Assembly: GCA_000993615.1 (NCBI GenBank)
Contig: LBWM01000001.1
Coordinates: 23,970-87,969, forward strand
Direction: 5' to 3'
DNA: 64,000 nt
DNA from: Candidatus Peregrinibacteria bacterium GW2011_GWF2_39_17
GTDB lineage: Bacteria; Patescibacteriota; Gracilibacteria; UBA1369; UBA12473
How positions within the stretch are numbered: the first letter of the stretch is position 1; each line of letters begins with the position of its first letter. This document shows positions 29,324 through 40,025 of the stretch, piece by piece. A model generated the notes under the pieces. It made no database searches. It was not told the origin of the DNA and saw only the letters and a program-made list of their open reading frames with translations. Made by a program: the position numbers and the translations under genes.

Positions 29324-31063
29324 ATGCGCCTTATATTTCGAAAAACATTGGTTGTCTTAATAATGGGAGCGCTACTCAGCTCAAATTTTGGGGTTTTAGT
29401 GCAAGCTCAAAATTCAGTTACTTTGGGTTCCCTACAAGAAAATATCAATTATTTATTTCCGGGAGCGGATTATGTTTTTGGATTAGAAAGTCATTCTACT
29501 TGGCGCGAATTATCGCGGGTAAATATGGTCGAAACATCAGGAATTGAAGTAACTTACGAAGCCATTTTTGATCAGGCCCCTAATCAAAGTGAGGAGTTGC
29601 CGACTATTAATGTTTATTTAATATCCGCTGTTTCGCAGGATGCGGCCGCAGTCCAATTTTCTACCTGGGCAAATAGCAGTCAATTTAAAAATGGGAAATG
29701 GCAAAAAATAACGGAAGGAAAAGATTATTTTACTTATTATGCCGGTTCTGGAAGCGATAACGACCTGATTAAATATCGCTCTCTCGAAGAAGGCAGTCTT
29801 CATCTTGTGAGTTATTACGATAATATTTTAATGGTGGTGAATTTTTATCGTACTTCCGGTCAATATTTAAGAAATAATGTTTCGGCTTATTTAGGATATT
29901 TAGATGATGAGGATGGTACTTTGTCGGTCCTCAATGAAATTGTGGTGTATTGTGAAGAGGCTCTTAAATTTTATTTAGGGACCACTTTTTCTTTAGATAG
30001 TCCCTCGGATTACGAGTATTTTTTAAAGGATGCTCAATCTAATTATCCGTTAAGTGAAAATTTTGATATTCCCCTAAACGGAAGTTTGTCTTTTGATGTT
30101 TCTTTGAATGACGCTTCGGAAATAGGGCAGATTTTAAGTATGAATAATCCTAGTAAATCGTCTGATGTTGGGATTCTCTCCTTAGGCCTTGACCAAAACG
30201 CGATTGCGAAATTGCGTTTTTATGATCCCATTCAAAATTCTAGCTGTCGTGATGCTCAGGGCTGGCACCAACTTTCAACTATAACACCTCTTGGTTTATA
30301 CGAATGGCAAAATATTGAAATTCGCTATGGAATGGTTGATGGGCTAAGTTTTTGGCTCAATGGAGAGAAACAGGGCTCCTGCGATTTAGTTACTGCCCGA
30401 TCCAATAAGGCTATTTATTTGGGTGATTATCCAAGCGACGGAGCAGCGGATAGTTTTGTGGGCTATGTAAAAAATATCAAAACTGGTTTTAGTAGGGATG
30501 ATAGTGGCAATATTATCGACTCGGAACTAATTTTTAAAGATGTTGGGATTTATCATCCGCATGCTCCGGCTATTCAAGCCATGAAAGATCAACAAATCAT
30601 GGTTGGTTATGAAGATGGGACTTTTCGTCCAGAGAAAGAAGTAAATCGAGCTGAAATTTTAAAAATATTATTATTGGGCTTTGATTATAAAATCCCTGCT
30701 AATGACTCCACTAAGTATTTTAAGGATTTAGAGGAAGGAGCTTGGTATTTATCCTATCTTAATTATGCAGTTTCTAAGGGGATAATTAGTGGCTATCCCG
30801 ATGGTACTTATCAACCAGGGAATACAGTTAATAGGGTTGAATTTTTAAAAATTCTAGCCAATGCTTATGGCTTAAATCTTACAGATTACCCTCTTACCAG
30901 CCTTTATCTTGATGTTTCTAAGGATGACTGGTTTGCAGTTTATGTGCAGTATGCCAAAGACCATAATTTAATGGATCCGGACTTAAATAATAATTTTAAC
31001 CCCGGTGAGCCCGTAACCAGAGCCGAAGTGTCCGAGACGATTTATCGGTTGCTTTTTAATTAA
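29324..31063 (+). CDS. secreted protein with LamG-like domain and three C-terminal SLH repeats
   Basis: Signal peptide from ATG 29324. GYEDGTFRPEKEVNRAE, GYPDGTYQPGNTVNRVE, FNPGEPVTRAE. Confidence 0.85.
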   Translation: MRLIFRKTLVVLIMGALLSSNFGVLVQAQNSVTLGSLQENINYLFPGADYVFGLESHSTWRELSRVNMVETSGIEVTYEAIFDQAPNQSEELPTINVYLISAVSQDAAAVQFSTWANSSQFKNGKWQKITEGKDYFTYYAGSGSDNDLIKYRSLEEGSLHLVSYYDNILMVVNFYRTSGQYLRNNVSAYLGYLDDEDGTLSVLNEIVVYCEEALKFYLGTTFSLDSPSDYEYFLKDAQSNYPLSENFDIPLNGSLSFDVSLNDASEIGQILSMNNPSKSSDVGILSLGLDQNAIAKLRFYDPIQNSSCRDAQGWHQLSTITPLGLYEWQNIEIRYGMVDGLSFWLNGEKQGSCDLVTARSNKAIYLGDYPSDGAADSFVGYVKNIKTGFSRDDSGNIIDSELIFKDVGIYHPHAPAIQAMKDQQIMVGYEDGTFRPEKEVNRAEILKILLLGFDYKIPANDSTKYFKDLEEGAWYLSYLNYAVSKGIISGYPDGTYQPGNTVNRVEFLKILANAYGLNLTDYPLTSLYLDVSKDDWFAVYVQYAKDHNLMDPDLNNNFNPGEPVTRAEVSETIYRLLFN

Positions 31064-31099
31064 TTTTTTTGGTAAAAAAACAGTGTCGCAAGCTTTTTT

Positions 31100-32011
31100 A
31101 TGCTTCTTTCTTCCTTAATTAACCGTTTTCTCGAGCACGCTGAAATTGCTAAAAATCAATCTCCTAAAACCATTCAAAATTACCAACATTATTTGGGACG
31201 ATTTTTGAAGTGGTATGGGGATCAAAATCCCCAAAATATTACCTTGGATGTTATTCATCGCTATCGTCTTTTTTTGAATCGCTATGAAGATGATCGTGGT
31301 CGAACTTTATCTTCTAAAACTCAAAATTACCATTTGATTGCTTTGCGCGCTTTTCTTAAATATTTATCCAGAAACGATATTCCTTCTTTAGCTCCAGAAA
31401 AAATAGAGCTTGGTAAAATCCCAGAACGCACCGTAGAGTTTTTAACCAGGGAAGAACTAGAAAGGTTGTTAAGCAGTATTAATTTAGGTGCGGCTAATGG
31501 TTTAAGGAATAGAGCCATTTTGGAAACTCTTTTTTCTACTGGTTTGCGCGTCAGCGAATTGGCTAATCTTAATCGCGATCAGGTTGATTTAAAAAGGCGC
31601 GAATTTATGGTTCGAGGCAAGGGGCGCAAACCCCGAATTGTTTTTTTGTCTGCAAGATGTGCTGTTTGGCTTTCTGAATATTTAAAAGTACGTCAAGATA
31701 ATTGGAAGCCTTTATTTATTAGCAGTGGCCGCAAAAGAAGTAACGACGAGTTGGATTTTCACGAAAAAAGAAGGCTTACCACGGTTTCCATGGAGAATAT
31801 TGTGCGTAAAGCTGCACTCCTGGCCGGTATTATTAAAAAAGTTACGCCGCACACTTTGCGCCATTCTTTTGCCACTAATTTATTGTTTAATGGCGCTGAT
31901 ATAAGGTCAGTTCAGGATATGCTTGGGCACGCTTCCATCACTACCACACAAATTTATACCCATCTCACCAATAAACAGCTTCGCGAAGTGCACGAAAAGT
32001 ATCATCAATAA
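31100..32011 (+). CDS. xerC: XerC/XerD-like tyrosine recombinase
   Basis: STGLRVSEL, VRGKG, TPHTLRHSFAT, LGHASITTTQIYTH and an N-terminal SAM-like domain. Confidence 0.9.
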   Translation: MLLSSLINRFLEHAEIAKNQSPKTIQNYQHYLGRFLKWYGDQNPQNITLDVIHRYRLFLNRYEDDRGRTLSSKTQNYHLIALRAFLKYLSRNDIPSLAPEKIELGKIPERTVEFLTREELERLLSSINLGAANGLRNRAILETLFSTGLRVSELANLNRDQVDLKRREFMVRGKGRKPRIVFLSARCAVWLSEYLKVRQDNWKPLFISSGRKRSNDELDFHEKRRLTTVSMENIVRKAALLAGIIKKVTPHTLRHSFATNLLFNGADIRSVQDMLGHASITTTQIYTHLTNKQLREVHEKYHQ

Positions 32012-32071
32012 GATGAATTTTTTTAGGAGTGATGGCTTGCTCAAAATTAATTGGACGGATATCATAAATTC

Positions 32072-32797
32072 ATGATTTATTTTCAAGATGTTTCGGTCAA
32101 TTACGGGAAACAGCCGGTACTCCTTAATTTTAATTTGGAAATTGGTGGGCAGGAATTTGTGAGTATTGTGGGACATTCTGGCGCTGGAAAATCAACCCTA
32201 ATTAAGGCTTTAATTGGGGCAGTTCCCTTATTTCAAGGAGCAATTCAGGTCGATGGTTACGACATTACTAAATTTGATTTTGAAACTTTGCAGGAATATC
32301 GCCGTAAAATAGGGGTAGTTTTTCAAGATTATAAGCTTTTAGAAAAAAAAACCGTATATGAAAATGTGGCTTTTGCTTTGGAAGTTTGCGGGCTTAAAGA
32401 GGAGGATATTAGGGAACGCGTTTACGAAGTCTTGGGTAAGGTTGGCATGTTGGAGCACACTAATCGCTTTCCGCACGAATTAGCTGGTGGCGAGATTCAG
32501 AGGGTGGCTATTGCTAGAGCACTGGTACATTATCCTAAACTTTTTATTGCGGATGAGCCCACTGGTAATTTGGATTACTGGAAAGCCAGGGAAATTTTGG
32601 CTATTTTAACTGAACTAAATGCCGGAGGTGTAACCGTGATTTTAGCCACGCATAATCGCGAATTGGTTGATGAGCTTAATCAGCGGGTTGTAACCTTAAA
32701 AGATGGACGTTTAATTTCGGATAAACAAAACAGCGGCTACGAACTTGATTTGTTGCGTGAAGCCGCTGGTGAGGTAGAAATTATTATTGGAGAGTAA
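32072..32797 (+). CDS. ftsE: FtsE-like ABC ATPase
   Basis: GHSGAGKST, RRKIGVVFQDYKLL, TVYENVAFAL, ADEPTGNLD, LATH. Confidence 0.85.
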   Translation: MIYFQDVSVNYGKQPVLLNFNLEIGGQEFVSIVGHSGAGKSTLIKALIGAVPLFQGAIQVDGYDITKFDFETLQEYRRKIGVVFQDYKLLEKKTVYENVAFALEVCGLKEEDIRERVYEVLGKVGMLEHTNRFPHELAGGEIQRVAIARALVHYPKLFIADEPTGNLDYWKAREILAILTELNAGGVTVILATHNRELVDELNQRVVTLKDGRLISDKQNSGYELDLLREAAGEVEIIIGE

Positions 32798-32802
32798 AAG
32801 GT

Positions 32803-33084
32803 TTATACCTCGATACCTTTTAGAGTAGCCTCGATTAAGCCTTTGGCGCACTGTGCCCGCGCTTTGAGGCCTTTTTCTAACATATCTTCACTTTCAGTAG
32901 TTACTCCTCTACCACCCGTTTCGCTAAATGGTGCAGTTTGTAATCCTTTCAATGCTCCAGCTAAGCAATCTGTTGTGGCTTTCAAGGTTTCACTGCAATC
33001 AGGACATACCTTGGCTGATTTTTTTACGGCTGATTCTTCTACCCCCTCAAGAGAGTTAAGAGAGTTAGGTGATTCTGCGGTCAT
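32803..33084 (-). CDS. small hypothetical protein
   Basis: ATG preceded by minus-strand TTGACA-N16-TATAAT (33140-33113). Contains CPDC. Confidence 0.65.
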   Translation of the reverse strand: MTAESPNSLNSLEGVEESAVKKSAKVCPDCSETLKATTDCLAGALKGLQTAPFSETGGRGVTTESEDMLEKGLKARAQCAKGLIEATLKGIEV

Positions 33085-33239
33085 GTTTTAGTTTTTTAAA
33101 GGATAAGTTCTTATTATAAAAATTTATCAATATTTGTCAAGGTTATTTTTTTTATTAGTTTAATTATCAGTAGTCCCGAAGCCAAATTGCAGTATTATAA
33201 GTGTAATTGAGTTATTTTTTCTAAAATTAATTAAATTTT

Positions 33240-34364
33240 ATGCCTATTCGTCTTACTAAAAATAATCTTAAAATCAAATTCTCTAAATCTACCTATAAAA
33301 AAGCTGGTGTTGATATTCAAGCCGGCGATAGCGCTTCCAAAAGAGCCTATAAAGCCGCTTTATCGACTCACGTTGGCCGTAAGGGCATGTTTGCTTGTCC
33401 TCTTAAACTTGAAGGAGGTTTTACTGGGGCTCTTGATTGCGGAGATTTTCTTTTGGTGCAAAATGACGATGGTGTTGGCAGTAAAATGATGGTGGCTGAA
33501 CAAATGAACCGTTTTGATACCATTGGTTATGATCTATTGGCTATGGTTTGCGACGATGCGATTTGTGTTGGTGCCGAGGTTTTGTCCATTACCAATACCA
33601 TTGATGTTAAACAGATTGATCGCACTAAAATTGCCGCCATGATGGATGGTTTGGCTCAGGCTTGTCGTGAGCAATCAATTGTTATTGCGGGTGGGGAAAT
33701 TGCAGAGCTTAAAGATCAAATTAAAAACATGGTTTGGAATGCTTGCGCTGTTGGTATTGTGGAAAAGCAAAAATTTATTACTGGCATGCACGTCCGTCCT
33801 GGTGACAAAATTATTGGGTTTCAGAGTAGGGGTTTTAGGTCTAATGGGTTTTCTTTGATTCGCTACATTCTTAAAAAAGCTTATGGTGAAAATTGGCATC
33901 GACACAAATTTAATAATTCAAATACCTGGGGGGAAATGGTTTTAACCCCTTCTCGTATTTATCATGCCTGCATTTTGGATATGGTCGGAAGATTTCGTAA
34001 GGGGGAAGCTAAAATTCATCCTAAGGCTATTGTGCATAACACTGGCGGCGGGCTTCCTGGAAATTTAGCTCGCATTGTGGACAAAGTTGGACGAGGCGCC
34101 TTTATTAATCATCCTTTTCCAGCTCATGCTGCCATGTTAGAACTTCAAAAACTTGGTAATGTTGATGATGAAGAAGCTTACCGTACCTGGAACATGGGAA
34201 TTGGGATGATGATGGTGGTTGATGGATCTCAAACCAAAGAAGCTATTGAAATTGCCCGCAAGCACAATGTCCCAGCTCAAATTATTGGTGAAATTACATC
34301 TGAACCAGGGATTCAGGTCGTAAGTCAGGGGTATTTCAAAAAGGGTTTACAATTAAGTTTTTAA
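33240..34364 (+). CDS. purM: phosphoribosylformylglycinamidine cyclo-ligase (AIR synthetase)
   Basis: TYKKAGVDI, DGVGSK, GGEIAEL, SNGFSL, HNTGGG, TWNMGIGM. Confidence 0.93.
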   Translation: MPIRLTKNNLKIKFSKSTYKKAGVDIQAGDSASKRAYKAALSTHVGRKGMFACPLKLEGGFTGALDCGDFLLVQNDDGVGSKMMVAEQMNRFDTIGYDLLAMVCDDAICVGAEVLSITNTIDVKQIDRTKIAAMMDGLAQACREQSIVIAGGEIAELKDQIKNMVWNACAVGIVEKQKFITGMHVRPGDKIIGFQSRGFRSNGFSLIRYILKKAYGENWHRHKFNNSNTWGEMVLTPSRIYHACILDMVGRFRKGEAKIHPKAIVHNTGGGLPGNLARIVDKVGRGAFINHPFPAHAAMLELQKLGNVDDEEAYRTWNMGIGMMMVVDGSQTKEAIEIARKHNVPAQIIGEITSEPGIQVVSQGYFKKGLQLSF

Positions 34365-34378
34365 ACCCTCTTAATTTT

Positions 34379-34431
34379 TTCATAAAAAGTTTAGAAAAAG
34401 GTCATGACTAGTGTGCTAATCTGGAGGCATG
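34379..34431 (+). promoter_or_regulatory. putative competence-regulon promoter (copy 1, dprA)
   Basis: TTCAT-N18-TCATG-N5-TGTGCTAA-N7-GC-ATG. The same layout precedes comM. Confidence 0.6.
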
Positions 34432-35325
34432 ATTTCTTTTCAAACCTTAAAAATCAACGATTCTCTTTATCCAGATGCGCTTCAGCAGCTTCGCGATGCG
34501 CCGCCTTTGCTTTATGCCCGCGGCAACCTAAGTTTACTTAAAAGCACCTGTTTTGCCATTGTTGGCACGCGAGCCAACACGGACTACGGCCAGGCCATGG
34601 CCGCTTATTTTACCAAAGGCCTGCTTAGCTACGGGTTTACGATTGTGAGTGGCTTGGCTTACGGTATTGACGCTGCGGTGCATCGCGCTGTTGTAGAGGC
34701 AGGAGGGAAAACTATTGCGGTGCTGGGAAATGGCATTGATACCATTCATCCTGCTCGTCATCAACATCTGGCTCAGGATATTTTGCGCCAAAACGGACTT
34801 ATTTTTAGCGAATACGGCCCGGGCGCCGGTATTCGCAATTATTTTTTCCCTAAACGCAATCGTCTTATTAGTGGTATCTCAATTGGCACCTTGATTATTG
34901 AGGCTCCGCAAAAATCTGGCGCCCTGATTACGGCCCGTTGCGCTTTTGAGCAAAATCGGGATGTTTTCGCTGTCCCCGGAGATTTGTCCAGACACACTTT
35001 TCAGGGTAATCACTCCTTAATTAGTAGTGATATGGCTCGCCTTGTCCGGACACCAGAAGATATTATTAGCCATTTGAGTCATCAACCGAAACTAGTTTTA
35101 AAAAATGTGATCCATCACCCTAAAACCCAGCTTAAATTAGTTACCGTGGCTCAGAAAAATCTATGGGAAATTTTTTCTTTTCATCCGCAAAGTATTGAGG
35201 ATTTACTCGCAAAGTCCAGGCTTTCAATTGAAGAATGCTTAGTCGCGCTTTCTTATTTTGAATTAAAAGGTTATATCCGCCAGGAAAGTAATCAAAAATT
35301 TTGCAAAATAAGCGAAATAGATTAG
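34429..35325 (+). CDS. dprA: DNA processing protein DprA
   Basis: AIVGTR, IVSGLAYGIDAAVH, FPKRNRLISG, SGALITA, VFAVPG and a C-terminal wHTH. Confidence 0.96.
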   Translation: MISFQTLKINDSLYPDALQQLRDAPPLLYARGNLSLLKSTCFAIVGTRANTDYGQAMAAYFTKGLLSYGFTIVSGLAYGIDAAVHRAVVEAGGKTIAVLGNGIDTIHPARHQHLAQDILRQNGLIFSEYGPGAGIRNYFFPKRNRLISGISIGTLIIEAPQKSGALITARCAFEQNRDVFAVPGDLSRHTFQGNHSLISSDMARLVRTPEDIISHLSHQPKLVLKNVIHHPKTQLKLVTVAQKNLWEIFSFHPQSIEDLLAKSRLSIEECLVALSYFELKGYIRQESNQKFCKISEID

Positions 35326-35430
35326 AACTTGCAATCAATTGATCTCATATTTTAAGTCTTCCAAAAAAAAGGGTTTTTTTGAGTAGGAAATAATGATATA
35401 ATATTAAGATTTTTTAATTTAAATTATTTA

Positions 35431-35757
35431 ATGGCTACCTCTTTGCAATCAGCGCTTAAGGTTTCAACCTTGCTTACCCCTGAGATGAGACAAGTTATTT
35501 TAGCTGCTATTCCTAAATTAAGTGTCACGCAGATCCAAAAAATTACCACTTTATTGCTTGAGAGCGAGAATCAAGCTCGGGTAATTTTGAGGCAAAAAAA
35601 AGCTAAAGAGGAGGAAATTAATCAGCAATATCTTAAGAAAATTAAACATTTTTTTCAGTTTGGACTACCTATTATGATGCGCGATTTTGAGCAAGAGGAC
35701 AAAACAAAAGAAGAAGTAGAATTAGATGGGCTTTTATCAAAATTAGAAAATATTTAA
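35431..35757 (+). CDS. hypothetical helical protein
   Basis: 108-aa ORF with ATG and an upstream TATAAT. Likely co-transcribed with the next gene. Confidence 0.7.
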   Translation: MATSLQSALKVSTLLTPEMRQVILAAIPKLSVTQIQKITTLLLESENQARVILRQKKAKEEEINQQYLKKIKHFFQFGLPIMMRDFEQEDKTKEEVELDGLLSKLENI

Positions 35758-35773
35758 AATAAAAAAAACTAAA

Positions 35774-37972
35774 ATGTTTCTTGAAAATAAAAATAAATTC
35801 ACCTCTAGTTTAAAGCAATTTATTTATTTTACAGCTTCAAAAGAAGTGCCCGCGCAAGCTAGTAATGAGGTTATTTTAAATACCGAAAAAGCTGACAAGC
35901 CAGATGAGCTTAGAGATCAGGTTGAGCAATTCACAGGCGAAGAAGTAAAAAAAACCGAAAAAGCCGCGGCTAATAATCTGGTTACTTTGGGGCAGACACT
36001 TCAAAATTCCGGTTTAGCTCCTGATAAAATTAAAAATTTCGTTAAACAGTCTGTAGCAAAATTAAAAGCAGCTAAAAAAGAACAAGCAGAAGGGTTGGCA
36101 GCGGTACAGCAGGAAGCGAATGCGGCCACAGATAGGGTCGGTCAAAAATTAGATGCGGATTTGGGTAAGGTGGTAATTGATTCTTCTAGTGATCAACCCG
36201 CAGTTGAGCAAAGTCAAATGCAAGAGGTAACGACTAAAAATAGCGCCGTTGTTGAGCAGCCTACTGAACAAGAGTCTTTAGAAAAACCGACTCCTTCTTT
36301 TGAGCCCATTGCCAGAATTGTAGGGAAAGGTGATTGGATTTCTAAAATTGTGCAAAGAGAGGTTTCTACTGCTAGTGAAAACGCTGATAAAATTCGCACC
36401 GCCCTAGCTGTTCAATACGGTCTCGATCAATTTCCTACTGCCAAAATTGACTCTTCTGGGCAAGAATTTGTAAAACAACTTTTTGCGAAAAATAGCCCTA
36501 ATGCTGCTATTCAAAAAATTAATAAAACCATAATTCACATTGGTGACGAAGTAACAATAGATTCAGACGGCTCCCTGCGTATTACTCATGCCAAAGATAG
36601 AGTTGATAATCCTGCTTCGGCAGTAGAAGATAGCAATTCGCAGTCTGTAGAAAGTCAACAATCCGCAGAGGACAAAGTAGCTTCCGAGGATAAGCAACCC
36701 GATAGTAGTCAATCTGAGGTGGAATTATCCGCAGAAGATAAGGCAGAAGATAAGCAGGATGCAGAGCACAAAGACGAGCAGCCACAATCTATCAATGCTA
36801 AACCAAAGGAAAGTAGTGTTTATGATCGCCAAGCAATTCTCGAAACCCTCATTGACCCGGAGCTTCAAAATTTAGGTAAAGATCTTTTAGCAGCTTGTCC
36901 TGAACTTGAAATCTCGTCTCTTAAAGTCGAATTTAATGCAGCAGGAAATGATAATTCCAATATTGATGCCAGAGTTTCTTTGCTTTATACAATTCGGGGA
37001 CAAGTTTTCCGAACTGAAGGTGATGCTAATAATCCAACCACTATCGAAGCCAAAAAAACAGCCATGCAAACTTTACTAGATGATGTAAAAACCCAATACA
37101 ATGAAAAAATAAAAGAAGATCAAGATAAGGATTACAAAACTTTAGAGCCTTATCCGGAAATACTGCAGCTAATACAAAATAATAAATTACCTTATGCTCA
37201 TAATTTCACAATTAATTTTAAAGAAGAAATCAATGATCAAATTCCTTCTGCTACCATCACTCTAACCATGGATGTTCGTGGTAACAAAGTTACAATGGAG
37301 GGAAATAGCAATGAGGCTAATAAAAATATCGTAGACGGCGGACTTCTCTTAGATGCTCGCAACTATGCGGTTCGAGATTTAGTTCAAAAATTAGCACCTT
37401 ATAGTGATCTTGATTTAAACACGGTTGACCCTGAACTAAAGGCTAAGGCGTTGCAAGCTCAGCTTGAAAGTCCTTATTTAAAAGCAGTTCAAAACCCAAT
37501 TTCCACTATTCCATCTCAAATCCCAGAGCAGCCGGAATTTGATCCAGAAACACTTTTTAAGGAATCCATTAAAAGTAATCTGGACGGCAGCGTGGATTAT
37601 GTCATCGTTAACCCGGATACTAAAGAGCAGTTTGCCGGTCGTTTGCAGGATGGAAATCTTATTTTAAAAAAGGGCTACACGGAAATAAAAATGCCTTTAG
37701 GATATTATCAAGGACCAAATGGTCGTCATTCTAAAATGGATTCAGGAAACTTTTATGTGGCTGGAAAGTCAAAAAATACCCTTGTCCCAGAAGGCGATTG
37801 CTGGGTTGATGCCAACGGAGATATCGGATTAACCCCTGAAACGCTCCAGGCCTTATCTTTAGCGGCTCTTAGGGGCGAAAAACGTACTTACAAGGTCTCT
37901 AATGAAAAAATCCCCACAACTTCACGAAAATTAAGAGGTAGTATGTTGATTTTGTTAGGAGAATCTAAATAG
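35774..37972 (+). CDS. large acidic hypothetical protein with LysM-like segment and internal duplication
   Basis: IVGKGDWISKIV...IHIGDEVTI (LysM-like), E/Q/S-rich linkers and two similar 90-aa-scale units. Confidence 0.7.
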   Translation: MFLENKNKFTSSLKQFIYFTASKEVPAQASNEVILNTEKADKPDELRDQVEQFTGEEVKKTEKAAANNLVTLGQTLQNSGLAPDKIKNFVKQSVAKLKAAKKEQAEGLAAVQQEANAATDRVGQKLDADLGKVVIDSSSDQPAVEQSQMQEVTTKNSAVVEQPTEQESLEKPTPSFEPIARIVGKGDWISKIVQREVSTASENADKIRTALAVQYGLDQFPTAKIDSSGQEFVKQLFAKNSPNAAIQKINKTIIHIGDEVTIDSDGSLRITHAKDRVDNPASAVEDSNSQSVESQQSAEDKVASEDKQPDSSQSEVELSAEDKAEDKQDAEHKDEQPQSINAKPKESSVYDRQAILETLIDPELQNLGKDLLAACPELEISSLKVEFNAAGNDNSNIDARVSLLYTIRGQVFRTEGDANNPTTIEAKKTAMQTLLDDVKTQYNEKIKEDQDKDYKTLEPYPEILQLIQNNKLPYAHNFTINFKEEINDQIPSATITLTMDVRGNKVTMEGNSNEANKNIVDGGLLLDARNYAVRDLVQKLAPYSDLDLNTVDPELKAKALQAQLESPYLKAVQNPISTIPSQIPEQPEFDPETLFKESIKSNLDGSVDYVIVNPDTKEQFAGRLQDGNLILKKGYTEIKMPLGYYQGPNGRHSKMDSGNFYVAGKSKNTLVPEGDCWVDANGDIGLTPETLQALSLAALRGEKRTYKVSNEKIPTTSRKLRGSMLILLGESK

Positions 37973-38045
37973 GAAAGTTATTTAAGGCTAAACTTGGATT
38001 TGAGTTAAATGCGTTTTTCCCCTATAATTGGCTGGATTTTACTTT

Positions 38046-38122
38046 CGGGGTGTGGCGCAGTTGGCTAGCGCGCGTGGTTTGGGACCACGAGGCCCTGGGT
38101 TCAAGTCCCAGCACCCCGACCA
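38046..38122 (+). tRNA. tRNA-Pro(TGG)
   Basis: CGGGGTG acceptor, anticodon arm CGTGG-TTTGGGA-CCACG, GGTTCAAGTCC and CCA. Confidence 0.95.
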
Positions 38123-38170
38123 GATTTTGGATTAACTTGTCAAGACGCGCCAGGCCTTAGCCAAAAAAAT

Positions 38171-38797
38171 ATGTCTCTTTTTATTTTACCAAGCGCTTAC
38201 TACTTGAAAATCGGGAATCGCGTCATTAATAAAATTACTGACGACTACAATCCCCCTCGCTTTTGGTTTCGATTAAAGGTTTGCGCTAAGGGGAGGCCTC
38301 ACCGGCAGGTAGGTGGGCAAATAATTAATCTTTGGTGGGGGAATTTTAGAAAAATTAAGGATTTCGACCCTTTGAATTTTTTGTGGGTTAATGAGCCTTT
38401 GCAAGTGGGAGATCATGGTGAATCTGTGGTTAGGCAGTATTTTAAACCGGATATCGAGGCTGGAAGTTATGAGTTGGCTGGATTATTACGGTCTAAATTG
38501 CCCATGAGGCCAATGGATCCGAGTATTCCCTTGCCCGAAGAAAATATTCCAGATGAGCAATTACCAGAAGTGGAATTAGATCAAAGCTTAAATGAGCCCA
38601 GGCATGTTAAAAAAAGGCGAGCTTTTTCTTATGGGATTTATTATGCGCAAGTTTTGGTTGCTGACAATGATGGGAATAAGGCTAAAAAGAGTTTTAAAAT
38701 ATGGGCTTTTCGAGATGCTAAAAAATGCAAAATGCGCACCACTCGTTTTTACGAGCGCTGGCTGCTTACCCTAAAACTATTATTGCCGGCCGTTTAG
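38171..38797 (+). CDS. hypothetical protein
   Basis: 208-aa ORF between the tRNA and the MFS gene. No recognised motif. Confidence 0.6.
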   Translation: MSLFILPSAYYLKIGNRVINKITDDYNPPRFWFRLKVCAKGRPHRQVGGQIINLWWGNFRKIKDFDPLNFLWVNEPLQVGDHGESVVRQYFKPDIEAGSYELAGLLRSKLPMRPMDPSIPLPEENIPDEQLPEVELDQSLNEPRHVKKRRAFSYGIYYAQVLVADNDGNKAKKSFKIWAFRDAKKCKMRTTRFYERWLLTLKLLLPAV

Positions 38798-38816
38798 GAT
38801 ATTTAATTTTTGCGCT

Positions 38817-39998
38817 ATGGCTCTTCGAAAGAGAACATTATTAGCAGACGCAACCTTGTTCTATTTTCATGCTGGCCTTTTTGCCTTTTCGGAAATTATT
38901 TTTTTGATTTCCTTGCCAATTTTGTTTTGGCAGCAAGGATTTTCCTTGAGTTTTATTTTCGCTTTTTACGCTTTGGCGGCTCTGCCTGGATATTTTTTTA
39001 CCATTTCGGTTATAAAGTATTTTTTGCGGACCGGCATAAAAAAGATTCTAGTTTTTGGGGTTTTTTTATACATTCTCTTGGGCAGTATGGCTTCTTTTAT
39101 TCAACCTAATAATCTTTGGTGGGTTGTAGCTTTGATTCTATTAGCCCTTCAAGCCTTGTGCTATTGGCCGGCTAGGCATCTTTATTTTTCCGAAATCGCT
39201 TCTTTGGAAAAAGTTGGACAGCAAGCCGGGACATTAAATGCGGTGATGATTTTGGCACGTACTATTGCTCCGATTATAGCTGGGTTAATTGCCCTATTAG
39301 TCGAATTTAATGCGGTTTTTATTTTTGGCGCCGTAGCCATGTTATTTTCATCTATCCCCATCTTTTTAATTAAAACAAAAGTAAAAACCATTTTTAGCGC
39401 TCGGGAGTTTTGGGATATGAAGCAAAAACATCCTATTTTTAAAAGCACACGCCCCGCTTACGTTGCCGATGGCGTCAATAGTCTTATTTCCTATTTATTA
39501 TGGCCACTTTTGTTTTTTTTACTTATTAGTAAAAATGATTATTTAGAATTGGGATATTTGATGACTGGTACTTATGGGATTTCAGCTATTATTATGGTGG
39601 TGGTGGGTAGATTTTTCGATCGTAGTCACCGAAAATCACTTTTGAAAATGTCTGTATTTTTTAATATTTTAGCGATCATAGGACGATTTAGCTTACTTTT
39701 TATTCATCCTTGGATTTTTGTTTATGGAGTGCAGTCTTTTTATTCTTTTTCGGAATCAGCCCTTCAATCAACCTTTGAGGCCTATTGGTATTCATATAGT
39801 AAGGCTACCAATGCCATATTTTTTACGATCCATCGTGAAATAAATTATGCCTTGGGGCGCTTTTTAATCGGAATGGTTTTAGCCTTAGTGGCTTGGTTTT
39901 TACCTGATAATAAGCATTTGTGGCTTCTATTTTTGTTGAGTATCCCAACTGTTCTGGTGTATTTAAAAAAAGGGAAAACAGATTCCTATTTGGATTAA
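38817..39998 (+). CDS. MFS transporter
   Basis: About 12 hydrophobic helices, ARTIAPIIAG, GRFFDR loop motif. Confidence 0.85.
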   Translation: MALRKRTLLADATLFYFHAGLFAFSEIIFLISLPILFWQQGFSLSFIFAFYALAALPGYFFTISVIKYFLRTGIKKILVFGVFLYILLGSMASFIQPNNLWWVVALILLALQALCYWPARHLYFSEIASLEKVGQQAGTLNAVMILARTIAPIIAGLIALLVEFNAVFIFGAVAMLFSSIPIFLIKTKVKTIFSAREFWDMKQKHPIFKSTRPAYVADGVNSLISYLLWPLLFFLLISKNDYLELGYLMTGTYGISAIIMVVVGRFFDRSHRKSLLKMSVFFNILAIIGRFSLLFIHPWIFVYGVQSFYSFSESALQSTFEAYWYSYSKATNAIFFTIHREINYALGRFLIGMVLALVAWFLPDNKHLWLLFLLSIPTVLVYLKKGKTDSYLD

Positions 39999-40025
39999 AC
40001 GGGAAAATATGGCAATGAATTTCGT

